NCBI GenBank assembly: GCA_965116145.1
Contig: OZ220482.1
Location: forward strand, 1,089,450-1,153,449
Direction of reading: 5' to 3'
DNA: 64,000 bases
Source: Thermoanaerobaculia bacterium
Lineage (GTDB): Bacteria; Acidobacteriota; Thermoanaerobaculia; Multivoradales; Multivoraceae
Part shown: one piece after another, positions 57,610 to 64,000 of the stretch
Layout of the letters: the number at the start of each line of letters is the position of its first letter
Position numbering within the stretch: position 1 is the stretch's first letter
The notes under the pieces: model-generated
Seen by the model: the letters and a program-made list of their open reading frames with translations, nothing else
Told to the model about the DNA's origin: nothing
Databases searched by the model: none
Position numbers and translations under genes: made by a program

Positions 57610-59082
57610 GTGACCGGCGCGCAGAGACGCACCGTCGGCGGATCGCAGGCAGATCGGCCGGTGCTGATGTGGTTTCGTCGCGACCTCCGGCTGACGGACA
57701 ACCCGGCGCTCGCCTGGGCAGCCCGGACGCAGCGCCCGGTGGTCCCCGTCTTCCTGCTCGACGACGATCAGCCGGGCCGACGGCCGCCGGGCGGAGCCTC
57801 CCGCTGGTGGCTGCACGGCAGTCTCGAAGCGCTGCAGACCTCGCTGGACGGGCTGAGCAGCCGTCTGACGCTGCGCCGCGGCGCCGCCGACACGGTCCTC
57901 GGGCAATTGGTGCACGAGACCGGCGCGGCGGACATCGTCTGGAGTCGGCTCTACGACCCGGACACGATCCAGCGCGACAAGAGCATCAAGGCCCGCTTCG
58001 CCGGCAGCGGAGTGACCGCAAGGTCCTTCAACGCCGGGCTGCTCTTCGAACCCTGGACCGTCCGCAGCGGCAAGGGCGAGCCGTACCGGGTCTTCACGCC
58101 GTTCTGGCGACGCTGCCTGCAGGAAGAACTCGACGCTCCGACCGACAGTCCCCCGGCTGCACTCTCCGCCCCGTCGGCCTGGCCCAGGAGCGACGACCTG
58201 GACGACTGGCGGCTGCGCCCCGGCACACCGGACTGGGCAGCAGGCCTGCGCGCGGCGTGGCGGCCCGGAGAAGCCGGCGCCGGCGACGTGCTCGACACGT
58301 TTCTCGCCACGGGTGTCGACCGCTACAGCAAGGACCGCGACCTGCCCGGCACGACCGGCACCAGCCGCCTGTCTCCCCACCTGCACTTCGGCGAGATCGG
58401 ACCCCGCCAGATCGCGGCGGCCCTCAAGCCGATGGCTGGCCCAGCCGGGCGGGACGCCTTCCTCCGCCAGCTTGGCTGGAGAGAATTCAGCCACCACCTG
58501 CTCTACCACAACCCCGACATGGCCGACACCAACCTGCGAAGCGGCTTCGACGCGATGCCCTGGCGCAGCGACCCCGATGCCCTGCGCCGCTGGCAGCGCG
58601 GCCAGACCGGCTATCCCCTGGTCGACGCCGGAATGAGAGAGCTGTGGACCACCGGCTGGATGCACAACCGCGTGCGCATGGTCACCGCGTCGTTCCTGAC
58701 CAAGCACCTGCTGCTCGACTGGCGCCTCGGCGAGAACTGGTTCCACGACACCCTGGTGGACGCCGACTGGGCCAACAACAGCACCGGCTGGCAATGGGTC
58801 GCCGGCTGCGGCGCCGATGCCGCCCCCTACGTCCGTGTCTTCAACCCCGTCGCCCAGTCGCGCCGGTTCGACCCGGAAGCGCGCTACCTGCGGAAGTGGC
58901 TTCCCGAGCTCGCACACCTGCCGGACGACCTGATCCACGCCCCGTGGCAAGCGTCCGAAGCAGAGCTCGGCAAAGCCGACATCCGCTTGGGCGCCGACTA
59001 CCCGCACCCGATCGTCGACCACGCCGCCGCCCGAGCCAGAGCCCTCGACGCCTGGCGCCGCCACGTGCAGCAGTCCATGTGA
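57610..59082 (+). CDS. phr: Deoxyribodipyrimidine photolyase (CPD photolyase/cryptochrome family)
   Basis: WFRRDLRLTDNPAL, YRVFTPF, TSRLSPHLHFGEI, WREF, TGWMHNRVRM and RVFNP motifs. Confidence 0.95.
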   Translation: MTGAQRRTVGGSQADRPVLMWFRRDLRLTDNPALAWAARTQRPVVPVFLLDDDQPGRRPPGGASRWWLHGSLEALQTSLDGLSSRLTLRRGAADTVLGQLVHETGAADIVWSRLYDPDTIQRDKSIKARFAGSGVTARSFNAGLLFEPWTVRSGKGEPYRVFTPFWRRCLQEELDAPTDSPPAALSAPSAWPRSDDLDDWRLRPGTPDWAAGLRAAWRPGEAGAGDVLDTFLATGVDRYSKDRDLPGTTGTSRLSPHLHFGEIGPRQIAAALKPMAGPAGRDAFLRQLGWREFSHHLLYHNPDMADTNLRSGFDAMPWRSDPDALRRWQRGQTGYPLVDAGMRELWTTGWMHNRVRMVTASFLTKHLLLDWRLGENWFHDTLVDADWANNSTGWQWVAGCGADAAPYVRVFNPVAQSRRFDPEARYLRKWLPELAHLPDDLIHAPWQASEAELGKADIRLGADYPHPIVDHAAARARALDAWRRHVQQSM

Positions 59083-59230
59083 GAGTGCAAGTCGCGCCGA
59101 GGACGTGCAGACGCCCGCCCCTCCGGCAAGACGCGATGACGGAACACGTCGGCGATGCCCGATCGAAGAGCAGCGCCGCCGGACGGGCTGCCGGCCGCTC
59201 GAACGCAGCGCAACTCTGTCCGCGGACTAC
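59070..59230. mobile_element. Degenerate MITE copy overlapping the phr stop codon
   Basis: GCAGTCCATGTGAGAGTGC...TCCGGCAAGACGCGATGA...CGAAGAGCAGCGCCGCCGGACGGG...CGAACGCAGCGCAACTCTGTCCGCGGACTAC is colinear with copy 1. Confidence 0.65.
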
Positions 59231-59391
59231 CAGGTACGAGGCGAGCAGCCGACAACCGCTGGAGCCTGCCCGGGCCTGCGGCGCAGCATCAGCCTCGCCT
59301 GGAGTCAGGCGACTCCGAGGAGCCTGCCACCACACAGCCGCCGCACACGTGCCGTGCGCACGTCGAGAGCCAAGCCGATAAGATCCCTGCC

Positions 59392-59673
59392 ATGGCCGAA
59401 ATTCGGACAGCCAAGGTGTCCGCCACGGGCCAGGTCGTCATACCCGCCGCCATCCGAACGAAGCTGGGACTCAAGCCCGGCGCCCGGTTCGTCGTCCTCG
59501 GCAAGGGCAACACGATCGTGCTCAGGCCCATCGCGAAGCCCTCGATGCGCGAGTTCACCGAGACCGTCGAACAAGCACGCGAGGCGGCCCGCCGCGCGGG
59601 AGTGAAGAAATCGGACGTTGCCGCGGCAGTTGTCGACGCGCGGCTTGCGGGCGATAGCATCGGAGCCAGCTAA
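59392..59673 (+). CDS. AbrB/MazE/SpoVT family DNA-binding protein (orphan antitoxin-like)
   Basis: TAKVSATGQVVIPAAIRTKLGLKPGARF...IVLRP. Confidence 0.88.
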   Translation: MAEIRTAKVSATGQVVIPAAIRTKLGLKPGARFVVLGKGNTIVLRPIAKPSMREFTETVEQAREAARRAGVKKSDVAAAVVDARLAGDSIGAS

Positions 59674-59686
59674 GAGGAGCGCTCCC

Positions 59687-59887
59687 GTGAAGAAGAACCC
59701 CGAAAAGCCCGCCAAGCCTGTAGCGCGACCGAACCGTGGGGACACCAGACCGGGCACCAAGAAAGTCCTTCGGTTGTCTCGACGGGAGCCGCTGAAGGTC
59801 AAGGATGTTCTCCCGCCACGGGAAGGCACCAAGAAGGGGACCGGCAAGGACGCGCCGCCACGACCGGGAGGCACCAAGAAGAGATAG
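59687..59887 (+). CDS. Small Lys/Pro-rich hypothetical peptide
   Basis: AGAGGAG RBS with GTG start; 66 aa containing three GTKK motifs. Confidence 0.4.
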   Translation: MKKNPEKPAKPVARPNRGDTRPGTKKVLRLSRREPLKVKDVLPPREGTKKGTGKDAPPRPGGTKKR

Positions 59888-59900
59888 AGAGGTGTAGTGT

Positions 59901-60458
59901 ATGGACTCTCAATGCGATCAGGACAAATTGCTCTTCAGTGTGCGTCTTTCGATTCGATACCACGAGAGACGCCAGCGGTTCATGAGCAATATTTTGAACT
60001 TTACGCTCTGGTGGGGCCTGGTCATGGGTTCCGCTTCGATGGCCGCCGTTCTTGCAGAGCTGCCGTCGCCCTTCTGGACTGTGGTGCCGATGCTCCTGCT
60101 GACGGTTCTGTCTGCGGCCTGCCTCGCTTACGGCATTCGAGCACGGTTCGTCCTGCATGACGATCTGCGCCGGCGCTTCATCGCCCTGGAAGCGAAACTC
60201 CGGGAGTCGCGTGACGATCCAGACGAGACAGCGCGGTGGGGCGAGCTTGAGCGTCTCCGTATTGAAGCTGACGAGCCTCCGATCCTTGAAGTGCTCGCCT
60301 GTCTCTGTCACAACGCGGAGTCCAGAGCAATGGGCTTTCCCAAGGAAAAACAGGCAAGAGTCACATGGTATCAGCGGTGGTTTTCTTCGTTCCTGGATCT
60401 CAGGGCCCACACGATCCACTTGCCTCCGGACAACGGGCCGGAGACGTCGACTGCGTAA
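59901..60458 (+). CDS. Two-TM membrane protein, SLATT-like
   Basis: LLFSVRLSIRYHERR, two TM helices, then helical HDDLRRRFIALE...IEADEPP; lower GC. Confidence 0.65.
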   Translation: MDSQCDQDKLLFSVRLSIRYHERRQRFMSNILNFTLWWGLVMGSASMAAVLAELPSPFWTVVPMLLLTVLSAACLAYGIRARFVLHDDLRRRFIALEAKLRESRDDPDETARWGELERLRIEADEPPILEVLACLCHNAESRAMGFPKEKQARVTWYQRWFSSFLDLRAHTIHLPPDNGPETSTA

Positions 60459-60539
60459 CGGACTATCCGTGAGGTGGTCCCGGAAAATTGGACAGGTAGC
60501 CAAGGTGTACTCCTCGACCATTGAGAGGAAGGCACGATC

Positions 60540-60820
60540 ATGAAGAAGCGGCGCCGTTTCACGGCGACATTCAAGTCGAAGGTGGCTCTGGAGGCTCTTC
60601 GTGAGGACCGTCCGCTGTCGGAGATAGCGTCTCGTCACCGTGTGCATCCGAACCAGGTTGGGAACTGGAAGCGCCAGGCGATCGCGGGTCTTGCCGCGAC
60701 GTTCGGGGAGAAGTCGTCTGGTCGCAGTCGGGACACCGAGGAGGAGATACGCGATCTTCACGCGAAGATCGGGGAGTTGACGATCGAGCGGGATTTCTTG
60801 TCGAGGGGCTCGGGCGTTGA
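60540..60820 (+). CDS. IS3 transposase OrfA (HTH), apparently one base short before its TGA
   Basis: RRRFTATFKSKVALEAL...IASRHRVHPNQVGNWK...LHAKIGELTIERDFL. The expected stop at 60818-60820 is out of frame. Confidence 0.8.
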
Positions 60821-61752
60821 CCCGGCCGGAGCGCCTTCAGATGGTGAATCGGGAAGGTTCGGAGCTGAGCTTGAGCCGGCGGTGCCGGCTGCTTCAGATC
60901 AGCCGTTCTTCGCTGTACTACCGCCCGCAGGGGGAGAGCGCGGAGACACTGTCGCTGATGCGGGAGATCGACGAGCTGCACACCGCTCATCCGTTCTACG
61001 GTTCCCGTCAGATGGTGCGCCACCTGCGCCGGCAGGGCATCCGTGTCGGTCGTCACCGTGTGCGTCGTCTGATGCGCCTGATGGGGATTGCGGCGATCTA
61101 CCAGTCGCCGCGGACCAGTGCTCCCGGCCCGGAGCACCCTGTGTACCCGTACCTGCTCAGGGAGCTGACGATCGAGCGTCCCGACCAAGTGTGGTGCGCC
61201 GACATCACCTACATCCCGGTGCGGGGCGGCTTCCTGTACCTGGTCGCGGTGATGGACTGGGCGAGCCGTCGGGTGCTGTCCTGGCGTCTGTCGAACAGTC
61301 TCGACGTCTCGTTCTGCATCGAAGCGCTCGACGAGGCGTTCGAGCGCCACGGCAGGCCTGCGATCTTCAACACGGACCGGGGCAGCCAGTTCACCAGCGC
61401 GGAGTTCACGGGCCGTCTGCAGGCGGCCGGCGTTGCGATCTCGATGGACGGTCGGGGCCGGTGCATGGACAACATCTTCATCGAGCGCCTGTGGCGTTCG
61501 CTGAAGTACGAGGCGGTCTACCTCCACGACCTCGCCGACGGGGTCGAGGCGCGGCGGGTCATCGGCGAGTGGATCGCCTACTACAATGCCGACAGGCCGC
61601 ACTCCGCGCTGGATGGCGCAACGCCCTTCAAGGCGCACCAGGCGACCATGGCAAGCAGCGAGAAAATCGACATTCCGCACATTATCCACAGGTTTTCCAC
61701 AGCTCCGGAGGCTACTGCTGCGGATTTCATTCAACCATGGAGTACACCTTAG
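60817..61752 (+). CDS. IS3 transposase OrfB (DDE/rve)
   Basis: PFYGSR, VWCADITY, FNTDRGSQFTS, DNIFIERLWRSLKYE and YNADRPHSAL motifs. Confidence 0.92.
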   Translation: MTRPERLQMVNREGSELSLSRRCRLLQISRSSLYYRPQGESAETLSLMREIDELHTAHPFYGSRQMVRHLRRQGIRVGRHRVRRLMRLMGIAAIYQSPRTSAPGPEHPVYPYLLRELTIERPDQVWCADITYIPVRGGFLYLVAVMDWASRRVLSWRLSNSLDVSFCIEALDEAFERHGRPAIFNTDRGSQFTSAEFTGRLQAAGVAISMDGRGRCMDNIFIERLWRSLKYEAVYLHDLADGVEARRVIGEWIAYYNADRPHSALDGATPFKAHQATMASSEKIDIPHIIHRFSTAPEATAADFIQPWSTP

Positions 61753-61790
61753 CCCGGACCGAAACTGTCCAACAAACCGGGTCAAGCTCA

Positions 61791-62764
61791 AGGATGGCCG
61801 AGTACTCGAAGTGGCCGTCTTCGGGGCTGAAGAGGTCGAGCTGGAAGTTCTTGCGGGTCTCGTGGTTGACCTTGCGGCGGTAGAGCACGAAGCGTCGGAC
61901 CCGTCCCCAGACCTCAAGTCGGGCCTCGGCGTAGCTGGTGTGGTGGTCAAGGCGCCTCCACTGGGCCCGGCCCGCGACCTGCTTGAGGTTGAGCCAGGGA
62001 TGGAACGGGGCCTTGATCGCGTACTCGACGCCTGCCCGGTCCAGCACGTCGAGAACGTCCTGGAGGAAGAAGGCCCCGTCCATGCGGAGTTCCAGTGTGC
62101 GGCGCCGCCCCACCGCGGCGCGGACCTGCGCGATCAGCTCGGCAATGAAGCCGACCGCCGCCTTGCCGTCATGGTTGTTGCCGGGCCGGTTCAGGAGCCT
62201 GACGATCTTTCCCTCCTGAGCCTCGTAGCCGGTGATCGGGTAGTAGCTGGGCACCTTGCGCCGGTTCGGGTTGTAGCCCCGGCGCGCGCCCTTGACCTTG
62301 AGTCCCGTGCTGATCACCGAACCGTCGACGTCAAGGGTCAGCCGCCGACCGCCGGAACGCTTCAAGGACCCTTCCACGAGCCCCTCGTTCAGTTTCGCGA
62401 GACGCTCGACATCCCGGCCGGAGAACCGCTGCAGCCAGCCGCTCATCGTCCGCGGCGCCGGCAGTCTCGACAGCCCCGCGAAGCGGGTGACAACGGGGTC
62501 CGACTGCTCGTGGACCAGGTGACTGATGCGACGACCTCCGACCAGGATCAGCGCCAGAAGGGTCAGCAGCATCGACACCACACCGAAGTCGGTCGAACGA
62601 AATCCCGAACCGACCGACCGCCGCAGCCTGGACACGAAGCCGCTCTTGCTCACGTACTCGCCGACGAGCTCGAGACCAGCATGCGACGTGACCTGCTGCA
62701 GGCCTGCTCTGAAGTCCACGATACCGTTGACACGACGCTTCAGTTCTGTTCTTCTTGATCGCAC
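61791..62764 (-). pseudogene. IS1380 family transposase, C-terminally truncated
   Basis: TSHAGL, TLDVDGSV, GYNP...SYYP, NRPGNNHD and LRMDGAFF motifs; the final catalytic region is missing. Confidence 0.85.
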
Positions 62765-62885
62765 TGGGAGTGGCCTTTCGTCGATGGGTCCCGTGATGGG
62801 TTGAAAACACGAGAATAACCCATCCCGCAAGGCTCTCCCAGCCTCTCACCGCACCCGAACCGACCTCATTTCTCGCGAATCAAGG
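61791..62885 (-). mobile_element. IS1380 family element, 3'-truncated by the IS3
   Basis: Left end CCTTGATTCGCGAGAAATG at 62885; the transposase ORF runs directly into the IS3 right end. Confidence 0.8.
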
Positions 62886-62967
62886 CCAACTGTCTCCGCC
62901 GAGGTCGAGCCCAGACATGCGTCCCAACCTGCGCCAATCGAGACACGTGCGCGCGGCGACTGTCTCG

Positions 62968-64000
62968 CTACCGCGCAAGGCGCTCCTGCAGGTTCTGACA
63001 GTGTCCGTTCTGCGGATCTCTCTTCAATCCGACATGCACAATGTCGCGTGCGCGCTCGGCGCTACCGTTGTTCATATACAGCCAGGCCAGGCGCGAACAG
63101 TCTGTTGATGTCAGATCTGCCAATCCACGCTGCATCCTCTCGCACACGCTGTGTAGTAGGCTTCGCACTTCTTCCGACCATGCAGCGTCGACCTGTTCGG
63201 CTTTCATTACACGCAATCTGTTATTTAACATGTTCACGCAATTGCCCATATCCCCTTCACGTGCCGACGCAAGCAGCGCGACCTCGCAGAGGCCATGGAT
63301 CTCACCCATGGCGTCTCCCATCGCGCGACAGCGTTCAGCCACTCTGCGCCACACGTCCCGTCGCCGCGCAACAGGAGCGTCAGTCTCCAGATAAGCTCGC
63401 AGGTAGCCAACAGCTAATCGTCGCATGTCATCAGAATCACCAATCTCCCAGACAAGCTCAGAAAGACCGACAAAGGCCTCAGGTAGAGACTTCGCCATGT
63501 ACTCCAACAAAGGCCGGTATTCGTCGAAACGGGACGCGTCAGACTGTGCGCTCGATGCAACCACTTCGTACAGCCTCTGTATTCTCGGCAGAACCTTCTG
63601 GTCCGAACGTCGTCCCTTACCAGGGCCAAACTCCATAAGCAGCTTGCGATCTTCTTCAACCACTGGCCGCAATGAACTCGCGGCCAACTTGAAGCGGCCA
63701 AAAACCGATGCGGCGAGTGGTAAGCTCACCATATCTTGTCCTTGTTCCTCGGCAGATGTTCTCTCCAGCAACGAGAATCTTGCGAGCTCATCAACGGCCC
63801 GTTGTACATCGATCTTCGGACCCCTTGAACGAAGAAGTACGGCGCGGATCGCTATTTCAGGAACAATTACCCTCCAACTTGCAAGCAGTAAAAACGCTCT
63901 TTGCGTGCTTGGTTCCATTTGCTCGTAGGTTCTTTCGAACAACGCCTGCAGTATCGAATCGGCATCAGCGAGTATCCGTTCAGGCGTGACAGTACGTCTC
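62968..64000 (-). CDS. C-terminal part of a large protein (winged-helix plus TPR-like), possibly a STAND/NB-ARC NTPase; 5' end outside window
   Basis: Frame is open to the window edge (RRTVTPERILADADSILQALFERTYEQM...AVDELARFSLLE), then helical repeats ending LAWLYM...GLKRDPQNGHC; markedly lower GC. Confidence 0.65.
   Translation of the reverse strand, partial: RRTVTPERILADADSILQALFERTYEQMEPSTQRAFLLLASWRVIVPEIAIRAVLLRSRGPKIDVQRAVDELARFSLLERTSAEEQGQDMVSLPLAASVFGRFKLAASSLRPVVEEDRKLLMEFGPGKGRRSDQKVLPRIQRLYEVVASSAQSDASRFDEYRPLLEYMAKSLPEAFVGLSELVWEIGDSDDMRRLAVGYLRAYLETDAPVARRRDVWRRVAERCRAMGDAMGEIHGLCEVALLASAREGDMGNCVNMLNNRLRVMKAEQVDAAWSEEVRSLLHSVCERMQRGLADLTSTDCSRLAWLYMNNGSAERARDIVHVGLKRDPQNGHCQNLQERLAR

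Larger units (their letters stand above)
60470..61790 (+). mobile_element. IS3 family insertion sequence
   Basis: TG...CA ends. Imperfect TIRs TGAGGTGGTCCCGGAAAATTGGACAG / (rev) TGAGCTTGACCCGGTTTGTTGGACAG, plus inner AAGGTGTACTCC at both ends. No flanking target duplication. Confidence 0.92.

Noticed and set aside
60540-61883. 447-aa ORF as a full-length transposase
   Set aside because: Only the first ~90 aa are OrfA. The rest is out-of-frame readthrough of OrfB.

Overview
High-GC bacterial chromosomal window. Gene content (PQQ-propeller proteins, DUF6152 and 'WEGDTLVV' paralogs, tandem amidohydrolases) suggests an Acidobacteriota-like organism, which is an inference. Most of the window is metabolic or housekeeping: BolA/GrxD, a sugar oxidoreductase-isomerase-xylA-xylB cluster, MoxR/VWA, sirtuin, Hsp20, an S1-domain protein, Skp, Nth, PdxA, peptidases, an acyl-CoA dehydrogenase pair, transporters, photolyase and tRNA-Glu. 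It ends in a lower-GC island with an IS3 element, a truncated IS1380 element and a partial, possibly STAND-type gene. The most notable structure is a tandemly duplicated unit of a DUF2946-like leader ORF plus a His/Asp-rich ZnuD-like TonB-dependent receptor. Each leader has a signal/TM segment, HxHxCxxC, exactly 44 residues and then RGPP, which looks like a metal-sensing ribosome-arrest switch. Also notable are a 102-bp tandem array carrying sense and antisense fragments of the adjacent tRNA-Glu 3' end, a dispersed ~160-bp MITE family with covarying inverted repeats, an uncharacterised secreted WEGDTLVV/DUF6152/VOC gene cluster, and an orphan HigA whose toxin survives only as 'LIDYH*'. All calls come from reading motifs by eye; no database searches were run.
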